Below are positions 1 to 9,452 of a stretch of DNA of 32,000 bases, one piece after another (positions within the stretch are counted from its first letter, which is position 1; the number at the start of each line of letters is the position of its first letter). Where the stretch lies: contig NZ_ABJL02000008.1 in assembly GCF_000172175.1 (NCBI RefSeq), forward strand, positions 3,107,080 to 3,139,079. Direction: 5' to 3'. This stretch comes from Bacteroides intestinalis DSM 17393 (GTDB taxonomy: Bacteria; Bacteroidota; Bacteroidia; Bacteroidales; Bacteroidaceae). Made by a program: the position numbers and the translations under genes. The notes beneath the pieces are model-generated. The model searched no databases, had not been told where the DNA came from, and saw nothing but the letters and a program-made list of their open reading frames with translations.

Positions 1-690
1 GTCTGCGGGGAACAGCGTGGAACGGAACAATGCCCTATGTCCCCCTGTCAGCTCACGGCGGAACCGTTTGCTGTCCGGCAGGAAGGTCTTCAGCACTTTC
101 AGTCCCAGCTCGCCGATCACCTGTTCATACACTTTGTACAGTTCCGATTTCTCCCGGCCGTCCACCATGTTCCACAGCAGGTACAGCCCTTTGATATTCG
201 TCTTGCCCGTAGCGATCAGCGTGTCATTCAGCCGGCTCGCAAAGCGGAGTGTGCTTTCCATCACCACCCTGTCAGCGGCAATGGGGGAAAAGACATAGTC
301 CATGTTCACCAGCGTGTTCAACACGCCCGTACTGTTTACCGTGCCCGGCAAGTCGAAGAACACGATGTCTGTTTCCGGCATCTTTTCCAGCAGTTCGTCC
401 GCTTTCGTGACAGCGTCCTCAGCCGTACTCTCCGCTATCGGATAGGCTTTCTTCCTTATCCGTTGCAGTTGTCTGTACGCCATCAGCTTGTAATGCTCGT
501 CCTCCATGACCGTTTTCAGGTCACGTTTTCTCATCTCGGCAATGCTGTGTTGCGGGTAGTCGCAATCCACCACCGCCACATTCATCCCTTTCACATAGTG
601 CAGGTAACTTGCCACCAGCACGGTCAGCGTTGTTTTTCCCGCTCCGCCTTTTTGCGTGGAAAAGGCGATAAAGAGTGTTTCTTTTTCCAT
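1..690 (-). CDS. ParA/Soj-family ATPase (TraA-like first gene of the transfer region); the 3' end runs off the window
   Basis: My reverse-strand translation from the ATG at 690 reads MEKETLFIAFSTQKGGAGKTTLTVLVASYLH...VVDCDYPQHS...FFDLPGT. It has the deviant Walker A KGGxGKT and is open to position 1 with no stop. It is absent from the ORF track because it is partial. Confidence 0.85.
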   Translation of the reverse strand, partial: MEKETLFIAFSTQKGGAGKTTLTVLVASYLHYVKGMNVAVVDCDYPQHSIAEMRKRDLKTVMEDEHYKLMAYRQLQRIRKKAYPIAESTAEDAVTKADELLEKMPETDIVFFDLPGTVNSTGVLNTLVNMDYVFSPIAADRVVMESTLRFASRLNDTLIATGKTNIKGLYLLWNMVDGREKSELYKVYEQVIGELGLKVLKTFLPDSKRFRRELTGGHRALFRSTLFPAD

Positions 691-1489
691 GATGCAGTTT
701 GTTTACAAATGATACTTTTGAATCAACGCCGCAAATAAAGAAGGAAAAAGAAGGGAAATTCATGGTTTGGGAACGGCGGGGTTCAAGTGGCCGGCTCCTG
801 ACGTGGAATGGCTGACTGAACAGCCAACCGACCGAAGTATTGTCCGTCTGATTGGCCGACCGACGGTCTGACCATACATGACACAATCCGGCGGACTGCA
901 TAGCCTGTCGGACAAACAGGAAGATAATCGGTTGCCTAATCATCCCGCCGGACAGACAGCCTTTTATCCGCTTGGTTGGCTGGTCAGCCAGCCGACCGCA
1001 CCAACGTTGCAACGGCTGACCGTCTGGTTGGTTATCTGACCGGTTGGTCATTCAGTCCGTCATTACGCATCCCATTCAGGCACATCCTCAACCGCTGATT
1101 CAGCCATCATCGGCCGCCCGTTTTTCCTCCTGTTCCACCCGTGTGCACAAGTGGCTTCCATTTGGCATAATGTGGCTAATGTTAGTGATATACAACTGAT
1201 TATATCACTTCCTAACTTTGCGCCATCCAACCGGGAATGGGCAGTTTGCCTTCCGTCGGTCACCAATCCCCGCTTTCCCCGAAAGCGCTCTTTCCTCTCC
1301 AAAGAGGAAAGATTTATGTTCGCCAGAACATAGCAAGCTGTGTTTTTTGCAGCACCACTCCGTTTTGCAGCAAAAAACGCTTGCCCTTGCAGGGGGGCTG
1401 CAATTTGCTCCGAAGTCGCAAATTGTGGGAGGGGGAGCTGACGGAGGCAATTCCACCCGGTGGAATTGTACCACATAAAAAACGTATAT
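691..1489. promoter_or_regulatory. Divergent intergenic region between parA-like and mob genes; probable oriT and promoters
   Basis: The position is equivalent to the CTnDOT oriT, between the mob and tra genes. Five perfect hairpins are present: 1185-1192/1201-1208, 1271-1277/1281-1287, 1290-1298/1303-1311, 1401-1408/1418-1425, and the 19-nt palindrome 1449-1467. Confidence 0.45.
810..1053. repeat. Cluster of short degenerate direct and inverted repeats (iteron-like)
   Basis: ggctg-N6-cagcc occurs at 810-825 and ggctg-gt-cagcc at 978-989. cggacaaacagg (909-920) and cggacagacagc (949-960) form a direct pair. ctgaccgtctggttgg (1016-1031) resembles ctgaccggttgg (1036-1047). GGTTGG is at 974-979 and its complement CCAACC at 824-829. 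The palindrome caacgttg is at 1001-1008. Confidence 0.5.
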
Positions 1490-1936
1490 ATGAACAACGA
1501 GAAAAAGCGTCCCCGCACACGGGGAAAAGGGGGCAGGTTACCCAAGCCGAACCCGGCCATCCGCCGTGAGACGGTCAATCTGGACGAAGCCGGCCATGCA
1601 CGGTTTCTCACCATGTTTGAGCAGTCCGGTCTGTTGTCCAAATCCAAGTTCATCGCAGCACGGATCTTCAACGAAGAGTTCAGGGTGATCCGGACAGACC
1701 GTGCCACAATGGAGTATGTAGTCAAGCTCACGGAACTGTTCCGGCAGTTCCGTGCCATAGGAGTGAATTACAATCAGGCAGTCAAGGAATTGCACATCCA
1801 TTTCACTGAAAAGAAAGCATTGGCACTGCTCTACAGACTTGAAAAGCTCACCCTTGAACTCGTAGAGCTGAACCGCCGGATTGTCGAACTTTCCCAAAAA
1901 CTCGCCTCACATGGTAGCCAGGATCAGCGTGGGTAA
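1490..1936 (+). CDS. MobC-family relaxosome accessory protein (MobA position in CTnDOT nomenclature)
   Basis: It is a small basic protein immediately upstream of, and overlapping, the relaxase gene. It carries the motif FRAIGVNYNQAVKELH (the GxNxNQ signature of the Bacterial mobilisation MobC family). I chose the ATG at 1490 over the GTG at 1460. Confidence 0.7.
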   Translation: MNNEKKRPRTRGKGGRLPKPNPAIRRETVNLDEAGHARFLTMFEQSGLLSKSKFIAARIFNEEFRVIRTDRATMEYVVKLTELFRQFRAIGVNYNQAVKELHIHFTEKKALALLYRLEKLTLELVELNRRIVELSQKLASHGSQDQRG

Positions 1937-3137
1937 GAACTTGTACGGCGCACTGGCCTACAATCAGAACAAGGTCGATGAAGACGGGGCAAAAGTCCTT
2001 TCGGCACATCTCCTCCGCTATCCCGAAGACGGGCGCTTCCGTCCGGATGAATCCATGCGGCAGTTTCTCGAATGGATGCCGAACCATTACCGCACCGAGA
2101 AGCCGGTCATACACATCTCCCTCAATCCGCATCCCGACGACGTGCTGACCGACAGCCAGCTGGCGGAAATCGGCAGGGAATACATGCAGCAGCTCGGTTA
2201 CGGTAACCAGCCCTATCTTGTCTTCAAGCACGAGGACATCGGCCGGCATCATATCCACATCGTTTCCCTGCGTGTCGACAGTGAGGGAAGGAAGGTTTCC
2301 GACAAGTTCGAATACCGCCGCAGCAAGGAGATTACCGAACTTCTGGAACAGAAATACGGACTGCATCCGGCGGAAGGTCAGAAGAAAGGCGAAGAGTGGC
2401 AGCTGAAGCCGGTAGATGTTGCCAAAGGGGACATCAAACGGCAGATCGCCTGTACGGTCAAACCCCTGATCCAACTTTACCGTTTCCGCACAATGGGCGA
2501 ACTCCGTGCCCTGCTTTCCCTGTATAATATAGGTGTGGAAGAAGTGAAGGGGGAAATTGGTGGACGCACCTACCACGGCATACTCTATACCGCTTTGGAC
2601 GGCAACGGCGAAACGGCGGCCACTCCCATAAAGTCCTCCCGGCTGGGCAGAATGACCGGTGCACAGCAGCTGGATAAGAAGATGCAGGAATTCGCTGCAA
2701 AGATCAAGTCCGATCCGTGCCGTGAACGGCTTCGACCGTTAGTGGCCGACGCTTTGCGCCAGTCCGTGGACGAACGGGATTTCCGTGACCGCCTGGCGAA
2801 AGAACAGATAGACTTGGTTCTCCGCCGCAACGGAACCGACAGGATTTACGGCGTTACCTTTATAGACCACCGCAGCCGCACCGTACTTAACGGCTCACGT
2901 CTGGGCAAGGAATTCTCGGCGAACATGCTCAACGGACACTTTCAGGAACAGCCGCCAAATTCCCTGTCGCCACTTCTGCCGCCCGTTCCGTCCGCTGTGG
3001 CTTCCGGAAACGGGGAAAAAATTCCGGGAGGGTTGCTTTCCGATATGGAGCCGGAGCTGAACTATGTCCCCCGGCATCCCAGGCTCCTGAAGCCCGACAA
3101 GAAGAAATGCCGCCGGCGTTACGGTCGTCAGGACTGA
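1911..3137 (+). CDS. Relaxase/mobilisation nuclease
   Basis: The N-terminus reads MVARISVGKNLYGALAYNQNK. There is a histidine triad HEDIGRHHIHIVS and the motif HISLNPHP. I preferred the ATG at 1911 over the TTG at 1881. Confidence 0.9.
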   Translation: MVARISVGKNLYGALAYNQNKVDEDGAKVLSAHLLRYPEDGRFRPDESMRQFLEWMPNHYRTEKPVIHISLNPHPDDVLTDSQLAEIGREYMQQLGYGNQPYLVFKHEDIGRHHIHIVSLRVDSEGRKVSDKFEYRRSKEITELLEQKYGLHPAEGQKKGEEWQLKPVDVAKGDIKRQIACTVKPLIQLYRFRTMGELRALLSLYNIGVEEVKGEIGGRTYHGILYTALDGNGETAATPIKSSRLGRMTGAQQLDKKMQEFAAKIKSDPCRERLRPLVADALRQSVDERDFRDRLAKEQIDLVLRRNGTDRIYGVTFIDHRSRTVLNGSRLGKEFSANMLNGHFQEQPPNSLSPLLPPVPSAVASGNGEKIPGGLLSDMEPELNYVPRHPRLLKPDKKKCRRRYGRQD

Positions 3138-3185
3138 CCCGTATTACATAATTATCAAGACGATAACTTTTTTAAATTCAGTATT

Positions 3186-5195
3186 ATGTCACAAGAAGAT
3201 GATCTCAGGGGACTGGCGAAAGTCATGGACTTTATGCGTGCCCTCAGCGTATTATTCGTAGTTGTCAATATCTATTGGTTCTGCTATCCGTCCATCCGGG
3301 AATGGAACGTCAATATCGGAGTGGTGGACAGGATTCTGCTGAACTTCCAGCGCACGACCGGATTGTTCGGCTCCATCCTTTGGACAAAGCTTTTCTCCGT
3401 TACCTTCCTTGCCCTCTCGTGTCTGGGCACGAAGGGTGTAAAGGAGGAAAAAATCAAATGGGTGCATATCTGGACAGCCCTTTCCGCAGGTGTCGTCCTC
3501 TTCTTTTTCAACTGGTGGCTGCTCTGCCTGCCCGTACCGTTATTGGCACGCACCGCCTTTTATATATTCACTCTTGCTGTCGGCTATCTCTGCCTGCTCG
3601 CCGCCGGTGTATGGATTTCCCGCCTGCTCAAACAGAACCTCATGGACGATGTGTTCAACAACGAGAACGAAAGTTTCATGCAGGAAACAAGGCTTATCGA
3701 AAATGAATATTCCGTAAATCTGCCGACACGGTTCTATTATGGCAAGAAGTGGAACGACGGATGGATCAATGTCGTGAACCCTTTCCGTGCCTCCATCGTG
3801 CTGGGAACGCCCGGTTCGGGCAAGTCCTTTGCGGTGGTGAACTCCTACATCAAACAGCAGATAGAGAAAGGCTATGCCGCCTATATCTACGATTTCAAGT
3901 TTCCCGACCTCTCCACCATTGCTTACAACCACCTGATCGGTCATTTGGAGGGGTATAAAGTGCCGCCGAAGTTCTATGTCATAAACTTCGACGATCCCTC
4001 ACGCAGCCACCGCTGCAATCCCCTCAATCCGAAGTTCATGACCGACATCTCCGATGCTTACGAGAGTTCATACAGCATCATGCTCAACCTCAACCGGTCG
4101 TGGGCGGCGAAGCAGGGCGATTTCTTCGTCGAGTCGCCCACCATTCTCTTTGCCGCCATCATCTGGTTCCTGCGGGTGTATAAGGACGGCAGGTATTGTA
4201 CCTTCCCCCATGCCGTCGAGTTCCTTAACAAGCCCTACGAGCAGATTTTTCCCATCATGTCCTCCTATCCCGAACTGGAGAACTACCTCAGCCCCTTCCT
4301 CGATGCGTGGCTGGCGGGAGCTGCCGACCAGCTCATGGGCCAGATCGCCAGTGCGAAGATTCCCCTGTCCCGCATGATCTCGCCGGCACTCTATTGGGTG
4401 ATGTCCGCCGACGAGTTCTCTTTGGACATCAACAATCCCGACGAGCCGAAAATCCTCTGCATAGGCAACAATCCCGACCGGCAGGCGATCTACGGTGCTG
4501 CGCTCGGCCTGTACAACAGCCGTATTGTAAAGATTGTCAACAAGAAGGGCAGGTTGAAGAGTTCCATCATCATCGACGAGCTACCCACCATCTTCATCAA
4601 GGGACTGGACAACCTGATAGCCACCGCACGCAGCAACAAGGTCGCTGTGCTGCTCGGCTTTCAGGATTTCAGCCAGCTTATCCGTGACTATACCGACAAG
4701 GAGGCGAAGGTGATCATCAACACGGTAGGCAACATATTTTCAGGACAGGTCGTAGGGGAAACGGCCAAAACCCTCAGCGAGAGGTTCGGCAAGATACTTC
4801 AGAAACGCCACTCCATCTCCATCAACCGGCAGGACGTTTCCACCTCCATATCCACCCAAATGGACAGTCTCATTCCACCCAGCAAGATCAGCGGACTGAC
4901 ACAGGGAATGTTCGTCGGCTCCGTAGCCGACAACTTCGGGGAGAGGATTGAACAGAAAATCTTCCACTGCGAGATTGTCGTCGATGCCAAGAAAATAGCC
5001 GAAGAGGAAAAGGCATATCAGAAGATACCCGTTATCACCGGCTTCGTGGACGGTGAAGGGGTGAATCACATGAAGGAAATGGTACAGGAAAACTACAACC
5101 GGATCAAGGAGGATGTCAGACGGATCGTGGCCGACGAGCTGGAGCGCATCGCCGCAGATCCCAACCTCAGACATCTTCTGGAACTGAACAAATAA
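3186..5195 (+). CDS. Type IV secretion coupling protein (TraG/TraD family, MobC position of CTnDOT)
   Basis: The N-terminus has transmembrane segments. Walker A is GTPGSGKS and Walker B-like is SIIIDELP. The gene follows the relaxase. Confidence 0.9.
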   Translation: MSQEDDLRGLAKVMDFMRALSVLFVVVNIYWFCYPSIREWNVNIGVVDRILLNFQRTTGLFGSILWTKLFSVTFLALSCLGTKGVKEEKIKWVHIWTALSAGVVLFFFNWWLLCLPVPLLARTAFYIFTLAVGYLCLLAAGVWISRLLKQNLMDDVFNNENESFMQETRLIENEYSVNLPTRFYYGKKWNDGWINVVNPFRASIVLGTPGSGKSFAVVNSYIKQQIEKGYAAYIYDFKFPDLSTIAYNHLIGHLEGYKVPPKFYVINFDDPSRSHRCNPLNPKFMTDISDAYESSYSIMLNLNRSWAAKQGDFFVESPTILFAAIIWFLRVYKDGRYCTFPHAVEFLNKPYEQIFPIMSSYPELENYLSPFLDAWLAGAADQLMGQIASAKIPLSRMISPALYWVMSADEFSLDINNPDEPKILCIGNNPDRQAIYGAALGLYNSRIVKIVNKKGRLKSSIIIDELPTIFIKGLDNLIATARSNKVAVLLGFQDFSQLIRDYTDKEAKVIINTVGNIFSGQVVGETAKTLSERFGKILQKRHSISINRQDVSTSISTQMDSLIPPSKISGLTQGMFVGSVADNFGERIEQKIFHCEIVVDAKKIAEEEKAYQKIPVITGFVDGEGVNHMKEMVQENYNRIKEDVRRIVADELERIAADPNLRHLLELNK

Positions 5196-5212
5196 CCGTA
5201 AATGCAAGGCCT

Positions 5213-5238
5213 TCACACACGTGGAGAACCGTGTGTGA
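5213..5238. terminator. Hairpin between convergent genes (possible bidirectional terminator)
   Basis: The stem tcacacacg (5213-5221) pairs with cgtgtgtga (5230-5238) across an 8-nt loop. It lies between the coupling-protein stop and the rteC stop. There is no strong T-run. Confidence 0.35.
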
Positions 5239-5251
5239 AAGGGTCCGCATT

Positions 5252-5872
5252 TCATCGATTGCGTCTCCTGTGCCCCTCGTCATCGTCTTCCATCCGTTTG
5301 AGCAGAACTTCACGCAGGCGGTCGATGAAGTAGGTTCTGTCTCCCGCCTTACGCCGCCGCATCCGCGCGTAGTAGCTCGAGGCATTCTTCACGTTCACCC
5401 CCAGCACATGGCAGACGTATTCCACCACACGCCCGAGTGTCACCTCACCGCCGTTGAACATCTTCAGCTCGTGGCAGGCATACAGCAGTTCCATCAGGCA
5501 GATGACCTCTGCCGTCCAGCAGACCGGGGGATCACCCTCTGTAGTCGGCAGACATGCCGGAGCGATGGCGGAACCGCACTTATGAATGAACCTGCATCTG
5601 TCCAGCAGACCTTTCAGGTACTCCAGCGTACCAATGATATAGGCATAGCAGGGCAAGTGCTCTTTTTGTGCTGTGCGGTAATGCTCACGCAGAATGACCA
5701 GTTTGCAACTTAGATATTGCAGCTGGAAAAAGACGAGCGTAACATCCTTTTCCACACGTTGCAGCTCATAGACCTCACGGATGAACTCGGTGTTGGCGTT
5801 TGCCAGTGTATTCCTGTCACTCTCTTCTCGCTCCAGTAACAGGAAATAAGGGATAAAAGTAAACAGTTCCAT
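5252..5872 (-). CDS. rteC: RteC-family regulator
   Basis: The C-terminal region WTAEVICLMELLYACHELKMFNGGEVTLGRVVEYVCHVLGVNVKNASSYYARMRRRKAGDRTYFIDRL matches my memory of the RteC winged-helix end. The ICE-backbone position fits. I took the start at MELFTF (5872); the ORF is open to 5920. Confidence 0.65.
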   Translation of the reverse strand: MELFTFIPYFLLLEREESDRNTLANANTEFIREVYELQRVEKDVTLVFFQLQYLSCKLVILREHYRTAQKEHLPCYAYIIGTLEYLKGLLDRCRFIHKCGSAIAPACLPTTEGDPPVCWTAEVICLMELLYACHELKMFNGGEVTLGRVVEYVCHVLGVNVKNASSYYARMRRRKAGDRTYFIDRLREVLLKRMEDDDEGHRRRNR

Positions 5873-5976
5873 GCTGTTCGGGATTTTAATTAAACACCGG
5901 CAAGATAGCGAAACGAGCACTGATAGCCGTTACGCTTTTTATTTGAAATAAGCTCTACATCAAGCCTGATGAATTT

Positions 5977-6813
5977 TTATTTGCTCCGCCACCGGTGAGC
6001 CAGTGCCTGCTTCAGCCTCCCCGGAGTGCATCCCATGTTTCTTTTACAGAATTCACACAGACGGCTTGCTGATGAAAATCCGTTCCTCTCCGATATTTCT
6101 CCCAGTGAAAGTCCATGATTATATTTTATATCCAGACATATGCGTTTTATTCGCCGATTCCTTAGCCAACGTCCCGGGGGCAACCCGTAAACAGACAGAA
6201 ACCTGTTCCTGAAGGCCGAATAACTCATACGGCACAGCAGGGAGAGTGTACCGACGGAATACACGCCGGGGCTGTAAAAAATAACTTTCAGACGAAATAC
6301 GGCGACGGACAATATCCTCAACCGCCTTTCTGCGAACTGAAAGTCCAGTTCACTGACACAAGTGGAATATCCCCGGAGTTGTTTCCTCCGTTCCAGATAG
6401 AAGTACAGACAAACCTCCCTGTAAATATCATACAGGGAAACAGATGGGCCTATAGCATACAAAATCTCACAAAGCCAAAGCATTTCCTCCGTACGTCCCC
6501 TCTTGCGGCATGGCAGGACGACATTCTCCCGCAACCTGCACAAAACATCCCTGTCCCGTGAAAGGAAGAGCAATACCAGAACGCCCCTGTATGCAGGACA
6601 AGCCATGCCGGGGAGTTCCGGCAGCATCTCCAGCACACGGAGCACATGCCCGCAAAGTTCAGAGTTCCCTGCGTACCTTCCCAACACGAGCAGCCTCTTT
6701 ATCTTCTTCGTCCGGGAGAGTCTTCTCACATCATTGCAAAACAGGCTGACCATCTCTTTCTGCCCATCCTGCGCATGCTTTCTGAACAGTTCCAGAAGAT
6801 CAGGCTCCGCCAT
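5977..6813 (-). CDS. AraC-family transcriptional regulator
   Basis: The C-terminus has a double HTH: LSLGEISERNGFSSASRLCEFCKRNMGCTPGRLKQ. An in-frame stop at 6835-6837 fixes the 5' limit. Confidence 0.7.
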   Translation of the reverse strand: MAEPDLLELFRKHAQDGQKEMVSLFCNDVRRLSRTKKIKRLLVLGRYAGNSELCGHVLRVLEMLPELPGMACPAYRGVLVLLFLSRDRDVLCRLRENVVLPCRKRGRTEEMLWLCEILYAIGPSVSLYDIYREVCLYFYLERRKQLRGYSTCVSELDFQFAERRLRILSVAVFRLKVIFYSPGVYSVGTLSLLCRMSYSAFRNRFLSVYGLPPGRWLRNRRIKRICLDIKYNHGLSLGEISERNGFSSASRLCEFCKRNMGCTPGRLKQALAHRWRSK

Positions 6814-6853
6814 TCCCGCCCATACCCGTTTACTTCATACCGTGCCTTATCAT

Positions 6854-7135
6854 TCACAGCACACACATTATTCTGATACAATCGTCATCAACCAGACACG
6901 GGTATTGCGCCAGTCGTTCCAGCACCGGTTCCAATGCAAATCCCTGTATAATTCTGTGACGTTTGCTGTCACTACAAAACACACTTTCCATCTCCATTTC
7001 AGGAAAGTAACACAGAAGATGGGCGGCAGAGGCGTCAAAAGCCACAGGGCCGTCCTCGTGAAGAAAAATGTAAATATCCGACACATTTGCACTTTCCATT
7101 CCCTTGATCAGATCTGTTATCTCCATCTTGCACAT
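6854..7135 (-). CDS. Hypothetical protein (93 aa)
   Basis: It is an ORF co-oriented in the minus-strand array with no motif I recognise. It is in a different frame from the downstream AraC gene. Confidence 0.3.
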   Translation of the reverse strand: MCKMEITDLIKGMESANVSDIYIFLHEDGPVAFDASAAHLLCYFPEMEMESVFCSDSKRHRIIQGFALEPVLERLAQYPCLVDDDCIRIMCVL

Positions 7136-7211
7136 TTTATAATATTTTTACATTTTTTCTTACTTCCCGAATACTCCGAGCATACGAATTTTCGGTTTTA
7201 TGCCAAATATC

Positions 7212-7757
7212 CTATTCTACGGCCTTACGGAATTCCTTATCCGCAAAAAGCTCCGCCAGTCCCGATATCTGCTTCAGGCGCAGCAACTCATCCTTGTCCA
7301 TACCCAGGTTCCTGCGTATCCACGAATCCGACATGCCCGACCTCGTAAGTTCCCCGACAAGCCGTGTCATAAGCTCGATCTTATGCATTCCACGGGCACG
7401 GTTATGGCGGATGGTAGAGGCCATACGCTCGGCCAGATCCTTACGGATGACGGTAACGGGTAACAGTCCGTTCTCCCGCTTGTATATTCTGGGCGAGGTC
7501 ATCATGACCTTATACCTGTGATAGCCGTCCACAAGCTCGTACACATCCTCTTTCTCAATGTAATAACACACGCACGGCATCGTGTACCCATCCTCCCAAA
7601 TCGAGAGTTCCAAAAGCCGCATCTCAGGAGGGGCCGTCACGTTGGGATTATAGGAATTCGCCCTGATCCTTTCCACCGGTACAGCCTTGACGCCATACAC
7701 GGGACTGGTAAATTCATTGTCCATCTTTTCATTCATTAAAATAAGATCTATATTCAT
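7212..7757 (-). CDS. ParB/Srx-fold protein, IbrB-like
   Basis: Motifs are ELVDGYHRYKVM (the DGxHR core of the ParB N-terminal/Srx fold) and STIRHNRARG. It overlaps the stop of the upstream PP-loop gene. Alternative starts are at 7736 and 7724. Confidence 0.7.
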   Translation of the reverse strand: MNIDLILMNEKMDNEFTSPVYGVKAVPVERIRANSYNPNVTAPPEMRLLELSIWEDGYTMPCVCYYIEKEDVYELVDGYHRYKVMMTSPRIYKRENGLLPVTVIRKDLAERMASTIRHNRARGMHKIELMTRLVGELTRSGMSDSWIRRNLGMDKDELLRLKQISGLAELFADKEFRKAVE

Positions 7758-8928
7758 CCATCATCTTCCGTCTTCTTTCCTGTTCCTGTTTATTTGGTGA
7801 AAAGCCCATGTACTTGCAACAGTGGTCGTTTTTCAGGATACAGATGCACATCCGCTTGTACGAGGGCAATTCACGGAATTCAGGCAGGTCTATGTCATCA
7901 AGGTATTCCATCCTGACCGGGAGCTTGTGCATCCTGTATCCCGATGTCCCGCCAAGTTCGAAAGGGATATTCAACCTCTTGAGTTTCATGATCGTTTCTT
8001 TTGCCAGACAGCCGCCCTTCTCCCGCCAGAACCGCACGCTTACCTCCAGTTTATCCAGATAGTTGTTCCTGGCATCCTCAGGAAGGGTGTCCAGAAGGAA
8101 AAAAAGATATTTTTTCCAGGTCATTCCCTCAGGCAGCCTGACACCCCGCCATCCCATCGCTACAGAGTTACCGTAACCCCCGGCAAAATTAACACCGTTC
8201 ACACGTCCCAGCATCTTGCCCCACATCTCCGGCTCGATCACCCTGTACAGATGCAGCGACGGGATGGCCTGGGAAATGAACGGGCTCGCAACACGCTGGC
8301 TGTTCAGAGGAACACCCGCCTGATAATAGAGGTCATACAACCTGTTGTATTTCCAACGGAAACGGCCATTGGCAGTCCATATATCCGTAGTATGCCAGTC
8401 ATACAACGGATACACGTTGTCTATGCCCTCATCGACAGGACATATCCAGTCGGCTGAAGGGCCCGGAGTGCTACGATAGATCGTTCTCCAACGGTTAAAG
8501 CTTTCCTGGGTACGTATTCCAACCAGACATGCCACTTTTTGCACTCCAAGTTGCTTGCGGAGCCAAAAGGAAAAATATTCCTGGAACTCGTAATCCCACA
8601 TCTGCGGAGTATAAAAATCAAATGCTTCCGTACCCAGGTATTCCACAGGCATCTCCCTGACCCAACGGACACAAGGGTCCCAGGGCCGCCAGAATCTCTG
8701 GTACATGGATGCAGCCGAACCGACCTTGAAAGGCACGCAACAGCGGTAAACATCCAGAATATCCCGGTTCGAAGACAGCATCTCATCCACATACTCCGTG
8801 GTCAGGGAATACTGCACTTCGTAATCCATATGGAATACTCCCATCCGACCTCCATATTGCCTGATATGCTCCACACAGGCATTCAGCAGCACACCGCTGT
8901 CCTTACCCCCCCCGAAAAAGAAAGGCAC
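7729..8928 (-). CDS. PAPS-reductase/PP-loop family protein with long C-terminal extension (IbrA-like, DUF3440-type); the 5' end is displaced by a frameshift
   Basis: It contains GGGKDSGVLL (PP-loop) and then a PAPS-reductase-like core (VGIRTQES, YPLYDWHTTDIW). The track ORF starts at a GTG inside the PP-loop. The natural N-terminus MNVYQALRERIRRIFGEYDYVCLSFSGG lies in another frame from the ATG at 8990. Confidence 0.7.
   Translation of the reverse strand: MPFFFGGGKDSGVLLNACVEHIRQYGGRMGVFHMDYEVQYSLTTEYVDEMLSSNRDILDVYRCCVPFKVGSAASMYQRFWRPWDPCVRWVREMPVEYLGTEAFDFYTPQMWDYEFQEYFSFWLRKQLGVQKVACLVGIRTQESFNRWRTIYRSTPGPSADWICPVDEGIDNVYPLYDWHTTDIWTANGRFRWKYNRLYDLYYQAGVPLNSQRVASPFISQAIPSLHLYRVIEPEMWGKMLGRVNGVNFAGGYGNSVAMGWRGVRLPEGMTWKKYLFFLLDTLPEDARNNYLDKLEVSVRFWREKGGCLAKETIMKLKRLNIPFELGGTSGYRMHKLPVRMEYLDDIDLPEFRELPSYKRMCICILKNDHCCKYMGFSPNKQEQERRRKMMDEYRSYFNE
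8906..8913. repeat. C8/G8 homopolymer tract inside the PP-loop codons
   Basis: I counted 8 consecutive c on the + strand. Six or nine would join the 8990 start to the 7729-8928 frame. Confidence 0.9.
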
Positions 8929-9011
8929 ACATAATCATACTCGCCGAAGATTCTTCTGATCCTCTCCCGCAACGCCTGATATACATTCATCCGAGTTCCT
9001 CCCATTCTCTT

Positions 9012-9452
9012 TCAGCCATCCTGTTGCCCACTGTCGGAACCCATACGTACCAATTCCATCATAACATATAACTTGGTTTCCCGGATCGTGATGAAATTCA
9101 TGTATTTGAAAATTCCGGCATCCCGTTTCTGAACGGTCGCCCGCAAAGGGGAAGTCTCATCGCCCGACTCCTTGATCACGCTTTTCAACAGCTTCAGCAA
9201 CTGGTTCCCCCTCTCCCTATCGGGAGTGGCATAATAATTATCAATTTTATAACCACCATCGAGTTTTCTCTCAACAGGCATGAAAGCCACTACCTGGTCT
9301 TCATGGTAGAGAACATGCCAGGTAAACATCCGGGAGGATTTATAAGGGTAGTTGTTATTCTCCCGCAGATATGCAGGACTAAGTACAAAGTGCCCTACGG
9401 CCAGATAAAGTTCGGGAGATTTTCCCTCAAATATTCGTACTTTCAGTTTCAT
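9012..9452 (-). CDS. GNAT-like acetyltransferase (putative)
   Basis: The pattern is HVLYHEDQVVAFMPVERKLDGGYKIDNYYATPDRERGNQLLKLLKSV, a beta strand plus an RxxGxx motif-A-like segment. It overlaps the last 26-41 nt of the RT ORF. Alternative starts are at 9458 and 9467. Confidence 0.4.
   Translation of the reverse strand: MKLKVRIFEGKSPELYLAVGHFVLSPAYLRENNNYPYKSSRMFTWHVLYHEDQVVAFMPVERKLDGGYKIDNYYATPDRERGNQLLKLLKSVIKESGDETSPLRATVQKRDAGIFKYMNFITIRETKLYVMMELVRMGSDSGQQDG

Noticed and set aside
887-893. An extra occurrence of the spacer heptamer catgaca in the oriT region.
   Set aside because: There are no flanking arm sequences. A 7-mer is expected several times by chance in 64 kb of two-strand sequence.
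521-1758. Minus-strand ORFs of 176 aa (521-1051) and 231 aa (1063-1758) across the oriT region and the mob gene start.
   Set aside because: They run through repeat and hairpin DNA and overlap the well-supported mob gene in antisense. They have no protein-like motifs.
5977-7135. I considered whether the 93-aa ORF and the 278-aa AraC ORF are one gene split by a frameshift.
   Set aside because: The AraC frame is closed at 6835-6837 and the upstream ORF at 6854-6856, leaving a gap that is open in neither frame. A single indel cannot join them, and 278 aa is a normal AraC length.
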